DNA of 64,000 nt from Oikopleura dioica. Its lineage: Eukaryota; Animalia; Chordata. How positions within the stretch are numbered: the first letter of the stretch is position 1; every line of letters begins with the position of its first letter. The stretch is taken from the NCBI GenBank assembly GCA_907165135.1, contig OU015567.1:4836001-4900000 (forward strand), written 5' to 3'. Below are positions 14,075 to 26,287 of this stretch, one piece after another. A model generated the notes under the pieces. The model was given only the letters and a program-made list of their open reading frames with translations, made no database searches and was not told where the DNA came from. The position numbers and the translations under genes are program-made.

Positions 14075-14230
14075 TTAAAATAAGGGTATTCCTTGATAAA
14101 ATTACATAGGAATACCCTTATTTTAATGACAATGACACCCTTAAAAACTTTCCAACGAGGGTGTCAACAACCAAAGAAAGCAAAATCGTTGTTGACACCC
14201 TTAAATTATCGTTGGGGATACCCTTTTATA
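14075..14230. repeat. Cluster of short palindromes (TAAGGGTATTCC/GGAATACCCTTA; GACACCCTT/AGGGTGTC)
   Basis: Adjacent short inverted repeats related to the termini of the element at 14768-15030. Confidence 0.45.
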
Positions 14231-14767
14231 AAATCACAATAAGAAAATAAACTTTCAAGTAAATCTCCTCGAAATCCGTGTTTGAACTCTAAACTGTGAA
14301 AGAATTGCAAAACAAAATGCACAAGACGTATTTTAAATGCCTATCACTTTGCTGGAATTTCAAAATTGTTATTTAGAAATGTACATAAGGTAGATCATTT
14401 TCTTTCGCTACGACTTGACTTGCCAGAAGTCTGCCAGCCGCATTTTTTTCATCTATTTTTATTCAAAATAGCAACTGTTTTAAGGGGATCGGAAAAATTT
14501 TAAATTTCATCCTCTTTTTGGTGGAGTGTTTTAAAAACCGGAAGCATTAAAGAAAATACTGGCGGAAAAGTGAATAAAATAAAGTAAAAGCTGATTCACT
14601 TAGTTTCTGACCTCGCGGAAACTGCAAGCGTCATGCGGGAGCTTAAGGGCCTCCGTGTCAAATGAGCTAAAATTTAAGCCAACTTGAGGTCATTCACAAG
14701 CTCCATTCAATCCTTTTATGGACACTTCTGTATCGACCCCGAGATTCGCCAAAGTTTGTTTATTCAA

Positions 14768-15030
14768 AAGGAAGGGATACGGTATCCCGGATACCCTTAA
14801 TTTTGATCAAAGTTGATCTAAATTTTAGACTCAAAGGAATCATCATGAGCGATAAAAATCGATAAGCCGCTTGCGGCTTCGAGAAAATGAATAATAAAGC
14901 CGCGCTTCGCGCGGCTAATTTTTTTTTGTCACTCGAAGCCGCAAGCGGCTTCTCGATTTTATTCTCATAATTATTTTAAAGAGTCAATGGTAAGACCAAT
15001 TCTGATCAAAATTAAGGGTATCCCTTCTTT
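14768..15030. mobile_element. MITE family B (different termini, family-A-like internal hairpins)
   Basis: Termini GGATACCCTTAATTTTGATCA ... TGATCAAAATTAAGGGTATCC; interior has AAGCCGC..GCGGCTT hairpins. Confidence 0.7.
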
Positions 15031-15213
15031 TTCGGGGTCAAATAATTTGATAAAATCAAATTTCCGTATTTACGAAGTAATTTCCGAAAACGTAATTTCA
15101 TCGCAATAAAACTACGTGATTTCATGTAACCAACTTGTTCCTGACACTTATTTTGGGAAATATCAAACCATATTTGTATTAAATTAGGGCTGCCCCAAAA
15201 CGGCCTACATTAA

Positions 15214-15967
15214 GGATATAGCCGTTCTCAAGGCACTTTCGTAGCGCCGAAATGGGGCGATAAAATTTTTTCATTTCACGACAGCTCCTACCTAAAATTA
15301 TGTCTAGAATTCAATTCTGATGTTTTTAAAAATTTTTTTCCAAGAAAAATTCTCTCTGGAGCGATTTGAAATCTTACGATCACTTTTTCTCGAAATTTTT
15401 CAATTAAATTGCTAAAACTAAACCGTTTTTTATTATAAATAACTGCTAATCTATCTTCCTAGGGCCTCAAAATATCAAAACCCAAGAAAATTTTCATTCT
15501 AGCGTATTCTTCTTTTTGGCGTTTCTTTTTCATAAATGCTGCGCTCAGGGCGCTCGACCAATCAGCGCGCTCTTTCACATGCGCGCCTCACCGCGCGATG
15601 GAGGAGGGCGCCCAGCGCAGCAAACCAGAGCGCTGTCTGACGCTTCGGCTCACTCAAGTAAGCCTCATAAAAATGGCTCTAGAATCATAAATACTTGGAA
15701 TCTATAAGGATTGAGGCCCTAGGAATGTAGAGAAAGGTCCAAATTTTTAATTTATTAAAAAAATTCGACCGATTTAGTGGAAAATTCTCGAGAAAAAGTG
15801 ATCGTAAGATTTAAAATTGCTCTAGAGAGAAATTTTTCCATTAAAAAATTAAAAAGAACACTAGAATCGGGTTTCTTTGGCAATTTTAGGTAGAGTTCCT
15901 TTTGAAATGAAAAAATTTTATCGTCCCCTTTTGGCGCTACGAAAGTGCCTTGAGAACGGCTATATCC
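15214..15967. mobile_element. Non-autonomous Kolobok-like DNA transposon (TTAA TSD, GG...CC termini, long diverged TIRs)
   Basis: TTAA at 15210-15213 and 15968-15971. The terminal 35 bp are a perfect inverted repeat (GGATATAGCCGTTCTCAAGGCACTTTCGTAGCGCC), continuing imperfectly for ~270 bp around a GC-rich core with a CCAAT box. Confidence 0.8.
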
Positions 15968-16164
15968 TTAAATGAATCTGACGATTTCCGGAATCCAAGT
16001 AGGACAGAACACGACAAATAGCTTTGAACCTTCTTTCCGCGGTCCAGATTTACGCGGTGATTTGGTTTAACAATCGTGGCCTTTTTAAAAATTGATTCTA
16101 AATTTGCCCCTCGCGCGGTTTTTCTAAAAAATTTGAACAAGATCATTTTTAAGGCTCTAATAGG

Positions 16165-16400
16165 GTGGACAACCTGTTCAGAAATCCTGAGTTAGGGTCA
16201 GAAAAATCCTTTGTGAAAAGCCGCGTAGCGGCTTTCTTAAAAGTAAAGCCGCAAAGCTGCTTCACAAAAATTTTAAATTGACTACGAAGGAGATTTTTCG
16301 AAGCCGCTTTGCGGCTTTGTTCTCAAAAAAGCCGCTGCGCGGCTTTTCATTGGATATCTTTCAGACCCTGACTCAGGATTTCTACACAGAATATCGAGTC
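16165..16400. mobile_element. MITE family A, full copy
   Basis: AACCTGT..AGAAATCCTGAGTTAGGG ... CCCTGACTCAGGATTTCTACACAG with four symmetric GCCGC hairpins. Confidence 0.8.
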
Positions 16401-17104
16401 AAAAGCACAGCTTTTTTAATCCTTTTTCTTTGAAAAAAAGGGCAAAGGTTCATTTTGAACGAAAAAGTAGCGGATGTAGCGAATGATCAGAAAATCGGTT
16501 AATGAGTTGAAATGAGCTCAAAATAACAGGATGCGCGGCCGTGGAAAGGAAAGGGAAATTTTGTTGAATAAAGTGGCGATTTGGGGCCATTTGGGAAGTG
16601 CTCAGCAAAGATTAGATTCGAACATTCTTTTTGAAAAATAAGTTCAAAAAAAATCGCGATCTGTTAAAATTGGAATTTGTTAATCAAAATTTTTTTCAAT
16701 ATTTTGCAGCCAAGGATCGATCGGGGCGAACCTCGCCGAGGATTTGGCCAAAGTTTGGCCCAAACAGTTATCAAATCGAATCGTGAAAAAAGAAATCATC
16801 CCCCGACCCGTCTTTTTTATTTTCGACAACTTGCAAATCCTGCTTTGAGCTGAAAATAGCCAGCGAGGATAATTTTTCTCGCATGTCCAGAATTTCGAAG
16901 ACCGTACTATTTGCAGATAAGAAATAAAGAAGAAGGTGGAAAAGCGCGATATCACGTGGCTAGTGGTTTTCTAGAGAGGGACATTTATTTTGCCAGATTT
17001 TCGGGATAAATAAGGCGGATAGATAAGGGCAGAAAAAAGGGTTGAAAATTGGAAATGGATATTTTTTCAACGTGAGTTTCTAGCGGTTCAGTTTTTATTC
17101 AGTC

Positions 17105-17415
17105 TGGGCTCGGTCTTTGTAAATAACCTGAGTCAGGGTTCTCAAAGACTTAAATGAAAACCCTGACTCAGGTGTCTGGTAGACAGGAAAAATTGTCTGG
17201 CAGACAATACGAGTTTATACAAAAATGTGACTAGCTGGGTTCGGCATCCTGTGTTAAAAACCTGAGTCAGGGTTCTAAAAGACTAAAATAAAAACTCTGA
17301 CATACGTTTTGCGCACAGGTTTCCGAACCCAGCTTGTTTGATTTTTGTGGAAAATTCGTTTTGTCTGCCAGACATTTTTTGTCTACCAGACATTTTTTTG
17401 TCTACCAGACAGTTT
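17105..17415. mobile_element. Two adjacent family-A MITE derivatives; the second sits in longer inverted arms with TGTCT(G/A)CCAGACA sub-repeats
   Basis: CTGGGCTCGG..ACCTGAGTCAGGG..CCCTGACTCAGG (17105-17172). Then arms TGTCTGGCAGACAA..AGCTGGGTTCGGCATCCTGTG and CACAGGTTTCCGAACCCAGCT..TTGTCTGCCAGACA. Confidence 0.7.
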
Positions 17416-18984
17416 ACAGAAAGGTCAAATCTATCGTCACCGATAACCAGAAAATTGCGCTGGCAGCTCGGTTTTGAAACTCTGAATTTGATTGAACCAG
17501 TTTGAATCTGATTTTTTCATTTTGCCGGCATCTCCGGTCATTTTTCCTCTTCTCAAATCTCTCAGCTGTGAGCTAATCTAGCGCTGGCATTTTGTGGCGC
17601 CACTTCTAACGCCGCAGCAACGACAGCACTACTAACGTTATCGGTTAAGGAGAAGGTATGAGAAATTTGATTTCCAGGAAATTTTATTCCCGAAAGTCCA
17701 TTTTTTCGAGTAACGATAAGGATCGGCCTGCTTTTTTAGAGGAGAATATTCAAAAAAATTATTCAATAATTAATTAAATTATTAAATAAAAAAATAAACA
17801 ATTTATTTTAAAAATTAAAAAAAAAATAATTAATTTTTTGCTGGTGCTAAAAATAATGGATTTCTAAAGAAAGAAAATTCTTCAAAATGTTATTTTTCGC
17901 TTACCAAAATTGTTATTTTTCATCGAGTTTTGCTTGTCACGTAAAAATTGCCCCCAAGATCTGAAGCTGCGATAATAAGCCGTGTTGATCTTGAAATTTG
18001 AAATTATCGTTTTCTTAGGCCGCTTTAGAAACGGCCACTCCGGCACTAGAATTATTACGTAGAGAGTCAAGCAGTTTCCCTTTCTCTTCTTTTTCAGAAA
18101 AAGTAAGCGGCAATTAAGGGTAGGGCAAACGGTTATCAGCGCAGCTAACAAGCCGCAGAAAATGTTCTTTCAAAGAGGTGATAATTTTTAATTGCCGAGA
18201 ACAGGAATTTTTGTTTGTAATCATTTCGACTAGCGGTTGAACTCTAGGTGTTTTAGCGGGCGTTTTTTATGATGATCCAGAGCGAATTTCGAGCAATTTT
18301 CGCAGAAAATAAGTGAGATAAAAATCATCCATAATTAACAATTTAAAGCAATAAGCCGGGAAATAAATTTCATAAGAGCTGCGATAAGCTAAGCTTATCA
18401 ACTTGTTCTTATCATTTTCTTCTGCACCTGTTTTGATTTAAGTTGCTTCTTTTGCGATTCTTGAAATTTCATCGTTATCAATTAATTCAAAAACGTGATG
18501 TCAGGCATCGAAAACGAGAAATAGCGACATGTCAGAAATTGACTTGCGTATGTATTCAGACATCGCGTTTTCAAAAGAAAGAGGGATAACAAAGATGATT
18601 GATAAAAAAACTTTTGATAAAAAAAGAAAAGTGGAGTAGATAATTGGCAGCTTCATTCTGGAAGCAGGAAAGACGCGGTTTGGCCTTGCTGATTGATCTC
18701 GAGTTTTTTCAATAGAAAATAACCGTTCATCAAAAATTCGCATCGTCAAGCAATATTCACAAAATATTTCATGAATGAAAAATTTTTTTTAACGATTTGT
18801 ACGTAGTTTAATGATTAAATATTAATATAAATTTAAATATTTATTAATATTTTTTAATATTAATATTTATTAATTAAATATTTTTCATCTGAAGAATTTT
18901 TTTCATTTCAGAATAGCAGTTGAAAAATATTTTTCAAAAGCAGCTGCCCCCGGGCAGCCCCCGGGAATTTTTCGATCGGGAACG

Positions 18985-19175
18985 AGGGCAAATTGCCCGT
19001 GCCCGTTTTTGGCCGCGGGAATCTATAAATACCAGCCCGTTCCCCTTTTTGCCCGCGGGAATATTTATTTGGTGCCCGTGACCGCTTTTGCCCGCGGGAA
19101 TATTCAGTTTGTGCCCGTGACCGTTTTTGCCCCCGGGAATCATCAATGAGTTGCCCGTTCGCGAATTTTCCCCCG
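18985..19175. repeat. GC-rich minisatellite, ~39-bp period, ~5 units
   Basis: TGCCCGTGACCGYTTTTGCCCGCGGGAAT core repeated with short variable AT-rich linkers. Confidence 0.8.
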
Positions 19176-20474
19176 AGCAAACGCGGGATTTCGAACTCTG
19201 GTTTAATCTGTCTGCCTGTCAGTGTGACCATCTTTTGGTCAGAATAAAAATTCGAGTGTTGGTTAAATTAAACAATTTCGAGCCGTGTAACAGAAATAAC
19301 AGCAGAATCGTCATAACTCGCGCTGCGAGAAGATGTTCCCAATTTCAGGATTAAAGATTTTTAGAACCTTACATAAATCGTGCGGCGAGCGCTGACCATA
19401 AGACCGAGTCAGTGAGTTTTCTAATTCCATCTCTTAAACCCTCAAAAGCCAAAACGCTCTTTAGTAGATCGATCTCATGGGCAGCAGCAGCGCAGACGGG
19501 CGAGTTAGTTAGGACATTCAGGAGCCAGTCATTTTTTTTTTGTTTCTAAAAAATAGTGTGAAAAAACAAGCATTTTTTCGTTTGAAATCCGCGATTTCTT
19601 TGTTCATAAAAATAAATTCAATAACAATCATACTGATTCGTCGCGGTGCCAGAAAAAACATAACGACGAGATGTTGTGTTTTGAAAGTAATTATCTGACT
19701 GTATTACATGTAAAAATGGTTCAATTGATTTCAGAACTATTTTCACACTACAAAGTGAGTATGAAATTTTTTTTCTAGAAATTGAATAAAAAGCCATAAC
19801 TTTATACAGTTTATTTTCAACAGTAATTTTTTCTTGAAGAATAGATTGAACATTGCTATCAACGGCAAATTGGACATTCAATTTAATTTGACATACGGTA
19901 CATAGACTCAGGTTTTAACACAGGATGCCGATCCCAGTAGAGCAACTTTGATTCTGATCCTTACATAAAAATCTTTGCCTGACACAACCCTGGAATTGGC
20001 GATTCTTACATCGGAAGTTCTTTTGGCAATTGCGTTTCCCACAATTTCAAAAAGAATGTCTGCTCGACAAATTGTGCATTTTGCCTCCCTTCTTATCAAG
20101 GAAGTGTTACGGAGATTTTTGATGAACGAAAATTACGAGCCGCTCACCTGGTAAGTGCTTCCCCCGCACTTCTTCTGAAGCTGTGATTGCCACAACAGTT
20201 AGCCAACTGAAGTTTGAACGTGTCGCATAACCAAATTTTCACGTCTCATTTAGAAAAAAACAGCCTCCTCTCTGACGAATGCGCAATCGTGAATGCCGCG
20301 GAATTATGCGAAAACGCTGGAAAGAAGAGGCGAAAGTTATGAATTTACGCGTGATTTGCTTTCCTCTTCGTTTTATTTTGAAATTTTGAAGAGCTAAGCA
20401 CGTTGGTGGCGCAAATTTTGACGAGGGCCACTTGACCAAATCTCAATTTACCAAAATTATCGTCGAGATTATGC

Positions 20475-20770
20475 GAATTGGGCTCCGCAACCTGTGTAGA
20501 AAATCTGATTCAGGGTCTGAAAATCGGAGAAGCATAATTTTCAAAATAAATTTGGAAGAAAATGACTCATTATGATTCATTAATTATGACTCATATATTA
20601 TGAGTTATAAATTTAATATATGAGTCATTATTTATTAAATAATTAATAATGATGAGTCAATGGCAATGAGTCATTGGTAATGACTGAAAGCCGCTTCGCG
20701 GCTTCGATTTTGAAAGAGCCGCTACGCGGCTTTTCATCAATGATCTGTAAGACCCTGACTCAGGGTTTCC
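20475..20770. mobile_element. MITE family A copy with an internal array of ATGA(C/G)TCAT-like motifs
   Basis: Left TGGGCTCCGCAACCTGTGTAGAAAATCTGATTCAGGG; right hairpins plus CCCTGACTCAGGG; about eight ATGASTCAT-like motifs at 20562-20687. Confidence 0.75.
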
Positions 20771-21337
20771 TTAGTGAAAAAGAGAATGAATGATTGAGGC
20801 TCGACCATTAGCTGATCTTTGTATGTTCGTCCCCTGATCCGGGATATGCTCACTTTACCGCTGTAAATTATTAATCTCATCCGATAAATCTTCTTATCTC
20901 TGAGTACTGTGTCGTCACCGGATGAAGACAGGCTCTTGAATGAAGAAAAATTCATCCTCTTTCTTGATTTTATCGCCTTTTTCTGAAGGGTTCATGCAAA
21001 AGTGGGCCAAAATAGGCGATTTTATGAATCATGATTGAGTCCAAAAAGAGGAAAGAATGGTATCTTTGGTTTTCCAAACAAGAGAACGTGAGAGCGGTTC
21101 CTTAGATAACTCTCTTTCTTTCACTTTGTCGGCGGCAAACATACAAAGTGGCTCCTCTTTTCGATCTCGCCTGAGAGTTATGAAGGATTTAGCGGAATAG
21201 CTTCCGCAGCGACAAGGTGCCTCTTTGGTTAGGTCAATTAGTTGAGCCCTTTTTTCTTTGATAAAGAGTCTTTAAAAGCTCATTTTGGATGTAAACACAA
21301 AATAAAAGCAAAGGATGAAAGGTTCAATCGAAATCTG

Positions 21338-21520
21338 GACTCGAAATCCTTTGTAAAAAACCTGAGTCAGGGTCTGAAAGCTCCTCAACGAAAAGCCGCG
21401 TAGCGGCTTTATTCTAAACGAAGCCGCGAAGCGGCTGCGCCATTATTCAGTAATTGATTGAATTTGCGGCTTTTTGTAGAAGATTTTTCAAAGCCTGACT
21501 CAGGTTTTCCAGACAGGAAG
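21338..21520. mobile_element. MITE family A copy
   Basis: CTGGACTCG..AAAAAACCTGAGTCAGGG, two hairpins, then CCTGACTCAGGTTTTCCAGACAGG. Confidence 0.75.
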
Positions 21521-22384
21521 GATTTCTGTATTCTTAGTCGGTTCGAAAATGCAATTCAGAAAAGTCTCTTTTGACATTTGGACGGAAATCTAGACGACCG
21601 CGGTGGCACGAGATTTGAACCGCGTCGATGGTTTACGGCTTGCGAGATGTTCTTTTCGCGGTTAATGCAAAAGTGGAACTCTAAACGGCGAAAATTCCTA
21701 AACAGCGACCAAAAAAGATTCAGGACAAGAGATAAGCCAATTACTGTAAAATTGCTCGGCGGTTTTTTTTCAAGTTCATTTTTTCGGAGAAAATATATTG
21801 ATTTTTCAATCTAAGAGGAAATTAAGGGTTAGGGTTGGGATTAAAATTTAAGGGTGTAACGGGTTTTTGAAAGTTGAATTTGAAAGTTTAAGGGATTTTT
21901 TTGTAAAATGGTTTTTGATTGGAATGAAAAACCAATGAGTTTTGGAACTTGTGATGGAACTTGAAGCGAGGAGTCAAACTTTGAGTCGGTTTGTTGTGGC
22001 TCAAAGCGTTGATCTGATTCAGCTGATCCGCTCGAAGGTGTCGCGCCACTTTTTTCTGAGCTGGCTTGTTTAGAAAATGCCCTACCAAAAATGACTTTCA
22101 AACTTTGAAGGTGATTTTCAACAGTAAAAAAGAATCCCCCCTTCAACTTTTTGAGGGATATTTTGAGCTAGTCAGCGTCTGAAATGTTTGCTTGGTCCGT
22201 GTCTACGCACGATACAAACTCATTATGGAAATGTACACCGCTGTCGCAGAAATGACTTTTTAACTAGCTCAACGGTTGTTCGGCCCGGATCAGGTGGAAA
22301 AATCGTTAACGTTGAAAATCGCGATTCGCCGTTTTTTTTGCCTACTGAGTTCAAACTCTACTGAAATGGGTGTTTTAAAGGTTT

Positions 22385-22790
22385 GAGATGTCGCCAAATG
22401 GTGTTCAAATAAAGTCAAATGTAAGAAATTATCCTTGAATGTCAACAAATGTCGACCTCATACTTTCAAACCTCTTTATTTTGTTAAATGTTAGCAATGT
22501 CTAATGTGCTCGAAAAAAATATGTTACAATCTTCTTGAATATGACATTTGCAATGTATGAGAATGTTGATAAATGTTACATGTTTCTGAATGTCTCATCT
22601 TATCTTAAGATTTCCTTCAATATCGCAGCTTTTTTCAATGTCTTCAAATGTATGAGTGTATCGAACAATTTGAGAAGATTTTCAATCAATTTAGACATTC
22701 AGCGACATTCATAGACATCATTTGACTAAAAGAGACATTCAGGACATCTATAAAGCTTCTTTTTACATCTTGAATGTCACATTCGTTGAT
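22385..22790. repeat. AATGTC/GACATT-rich low-complexity repeat, possibly a MITE
   Basis: Numerous AATGT(C/T) motifs followed by GACAT(T/C) motifs; boundaries approximate. Confidence 0.4.
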
Positions 22791-23644
22791 TTTTAAGAAG
22801 AATGCGATATAAATAAAAGCTCATTCTTGTAAATTTCTCAAGAACTTCACGAATCAACCCTAGTTACATCAGATGTCAATGTAACTTGATTTTGATGATG
22901 AAGAAAAGCAAGAATTACGAAAAAACTGGTCTGTAGATGTAAGGAAAGCCGCGGCAAGTGTAAAGGATTCTCCATCTGAAAAAGATCGTCGGGCGGCGCT
23001 ATAATTTTCGCGGAACGGGGAACACCAAGCTGAGTGGCGGCACTGGGCCCTAATGTTATAAAAATCTTCAAATGTAATCACTTTTTCACGTTTTCTTGTT
23101 TCATCTCTCAAGAAGCTAAAATGGCTGTGAAAATATTTTCTCAATTTTGAAGTAAAAATCTAATCAGGTTTAAAATATGAGAAGCATTTTTTCAGCAGTC
23201 ATAACTGAATGATCCCCTTATTTGCCCTTATCTGCATCTCGGGTCCTGGAAGAGCCTTGATAAAAGCCGCTTAGCGGCTTTCTTCAGAACGAACCTCTTG
23301 CGCGGCTTTTGCCACAGATCTTCCAGGACTTCGATTTGTTTGGACGCAAGGTTTGGACGCAAGAGCCTAAGATTTCTGGTCGAGTTTGAATCTCAAAGCC
23401 GGTTATCCTGTCGAGAAAAGGGCAAGGATAAGGCTTTTGAGCTTGAACTTTTATCTCATTTCTACAAGTATTTGGCGCAAGGTGCGATTAGAGCGCCGCC
23501 AGTTGAAATTGGAGTTTTCTAAATATTTCTTGCAATTTCGTTTTAAAGCCCGTTAGTGAATTACGCTCGTCGCCCTGTTGCCCAAGCAACCAGCAAAAAT
23601 GAGCTTTTCCCGCCGAGCGACGGAAAATCCACAATTTCAGAAAA

Positions 23645-24638
23645 ATGCCCTCTCATTTGTACAAGTTTGTACTTCCAAAGGCGAAAACAGTCGATGGGCT
23701 TCCAGAGTATGTTAATTGGACGAAAGAAGAAGTCGCCGATTTTGTCGAGAAAATTGGATTTCCAGATTACAGGTAAATTTTTAATTTTTAAAAAAAGGCA
23801 ACTCTTGTTCATTCTCCACATTTTTGTATGATTCCCCTTGTTCATCATTAATCAGTAGTAATACGGATCAAAACCAATCTTTGTTGTTGTAATCGTAGAA
23901 AGGGGTTATCATTCGAGCCTATGATTCGAGCCATCCAATATCTCTAGAATTTGGGCTTGTGGTTAGGGTTAGCGACTGGGAACTCTTAAGGGTGGTCCGG
24001 GGGGCAAAGCCCCCTGGTTTGGGCCTTAGGTGGGGAGGGGGGTCCCGGGGGCATAGGCTATGCCGCATAGCCCCCTGTGTTAGGGTTAGGGTTTGGGGCA
24101 GCTCGTATGATAACCCCCTTATTCTGTTGAAACCCTTAAAAAAGGCTACGTGGCCTCAGGATAAACAAGGGGGCACATGCAGGAAGTCCAGAGATGAGCA
24201 AGGGTACAAAGTAGCCGTTATATCTTTTCGATTTGCACAAGCGGTTTTTTCAAATATTTTGATTCAAAAACCTTTTCAACTTATTAACAAGGCCCTGTTT
24301 CGAGCTCAACAATCTGTCCGGCCGCCAACTAGCCTACATCACCGCTTCAAATCTTCCTAAGATCGGAATTCACAAGTTTGAAGACATCAAGCGCCTGATG
24401 CAAGGTGAAAAATTTCAATATTTTGACCCGTCTAACGAGTAATTTAAATAAAGCATTCCGAAGTCTGACGGGCGACGAGTACCCGAACTATCACGTTTCA
24501 ATCTCGGAGAACAAGAACTCGGATCTGGTGGAGACTTGGACGAGGAAAGCGCGCTCGGGACCGGCCGCGGATGCGGTCAGAATTGAAGATGTTACGAGAG
24601 AGAGGGTGCACCAAGGAACGCATAAGATTCCACTGTAA
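23645..24638 (+). CDS. SAMD15: SAM-domain protein, SAMD15-like; exons 23645-23772, 24292-24404, 24454-24638
   Basis: Spliced product MPSHLYKFVLPKAKTVDGLPEYVNWTKEEVADFVEKIGFPDYRPCFELNNLSGRQLAYITASNLPKIGIHKFEDIKRLMQAFRSLTG...VSIS..RKARSG. This matches the SAMD15-type SAM pattern W...V..W...GFPQY..CF..N.ISGRKL......LP..GI..FED.K. Confidence 0.8.
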
Positions 24639-25011
24639 ATAAATATAATTCAAACATAGAACGCTTTATTGTAGCCATGTGAATGCATCTCCTACCCGTC
24701 AGCTTTTTTCTTCATAAAAAGGAAATTTTTATAAACACCATATTTTTGGTTCTGAAGGCGTCGTCAGGTTAAACTTGCTTCAAAAACTTGATAAGAGGAA
24801 TTTTTGACCAAGAAAAATCAATATTTTCGCCAAAATAAGGCCAAATTCGTCAATTTTCGGCAAAAAGTCCAATTTTAAAATGTGCTTTTCGGGGTCAAAA
24901 TTATAAAATTCCGAAATTTGATTTTTCGAAAAAAGCTGACGGGGGTCCTTAACAAAAGTATAGGAAATTATAGGAAGAAATGCTTCATTGTGTCCAGCTC
25001 TGAACAAATGA

Positions 25012-25754
25012 TTGAACGCTCTAGTGCGATTTTATTATGATACTTTCCCTTTTGACGACTTTCTGCTTGATAAAAATCGCTCATTCAAAGAGAGGGGCGA
25101 GAAGGCAGAGACCATAAGACCAGAAATTGCCCTGGATAAAACTTCTCAACGTATCAGGCGGAGAGCAAATTTTCTGATCGTGGTTTGCATTTTGATCATT
25201 ATGTGAGTACTTTTTTTCTGGAGTCAATTAAAGAGATTATTTAGAATAAGCCTTGTTAATATCATCGCTTTCGGAACAACATTTTGTTCAAATACTCTCA
25301 CTGGACTCTATTGGATACTTGTTGGCTTAAATTTTAAGTCTATTCCATCGGCGAATATCAATTCTCTCTACGATCTCAAACTGTCTCTTTCTTACATCTC
25401 ACTCTTCAGTATAACAGGTTTCTATGAAGTGAAGAATCCAAACGTACCAGCCAATAACAGCTCACTTCAGGTGAAAAAATACAAGAAAACGGTATAAACA
25501 GTTTCTTTATTTTAATAATCATACGTTATAAGCACGTGGTCGGCCCTTTAACAAATATCATCCTCTTCCTCGTTTTTCAAGTACAAGATGATACGCCCAC
25601 GAAGTTGTTCGAATCATACAAGCTGGATTATTTGGCAATTAGCTTTTATATAGCTGAATGCGTTCTGATGCTACTGGAATGTCTCGCTTTTTATTTGATT
25701 TTTCTTGCCTTGAAGGATTTCGAAAGAATCAAAACTATTGCCGGGGTACATTAA
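25012..25754 (+). CDS. Small multi-pass membrane protein of unknown family (about 3 coding exons; start uncertain)
   Basis: Hydrophobic segments ANFLIVVCILIII|ISLVNIIAFG, TLTGLYWILVGLNF, LSLSYISLFSITG and LAISFYIAECVLMLLECLAFYLIFLAL across probable GT-AG introns. Confidence 0.55.
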
Positions 25755-25992
25755 TATCTCTTTTACTTGAAATAAAGTCAATTAAGTGGCGATCACCAAC
25801 ATGGCTTAGCGGGGATCTCAGGATAATCGAAAATCAAGGAGAACAATCCCAAAACAATCAAGCATTTCAGATCTGAAAAAAATGATAATGTTTTAATAAA
25901 CGCCCTTATTTTGACTTGATTGCCGAGACTATTAATTTTTATGAAGTGTAAGAACAAAATAATGTCCAAAAAATTTATTTTTTTCAGGTTCA

Positions 25993-26287
25993 GTGAAATA
26001 AATAACACGTGATTTTTGATGGAATAATCAGATTTGCTTATTTTCTTGGTTCTTTTTTTTGGGATTGTGTTTGGAACCGACAAAAAAATTTCGACAAATT
26101 TTGCGTAGGCGGCGACTCGGCTGCTGATTGGCCGGTTTGCCGAATCCAGGCCTCTGATTGGCTGAAAATTTCCACGCAAAATTTGTCGAAATTTTTTTGT
26201 CGGTTCCAAACACAATCCCAAAAAAAAGAACCAAGAAAATAAGCAAATCTGATTATTCCATCAAAAATCACGTGTTATTTATTTCAC
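25993..26287. mobile_element. Young MITE with 114-bp apparently perfect inverted arms and a 67-bp GC-rich core
   Basis: Arms 25993-26106 and 26174-26287 are reverse complements as read by eye. The core has two CTGATTGG (reverse CCAAT) motifs; each arm has a CACGTG. Confidence 0.85.

Noticed and set aside
18985-19175. Repeat-spacer pattern resembling a CRISPR array
   Set aside because: Linkers are only ~10 nt and partly similar to each other, repeats are degenerate, there are no cas genes, and the context is an intron-rich eukaryotic genome. It is a minisatellite.
23960-24095. TTAGGG telomere-like repeats in SAMD15 intron 1 (also near 21825)
   Set aside because: Only two or three units at each spot, embedded in a GC-rich repeat; not enough for an interstitial telomere or healing site.
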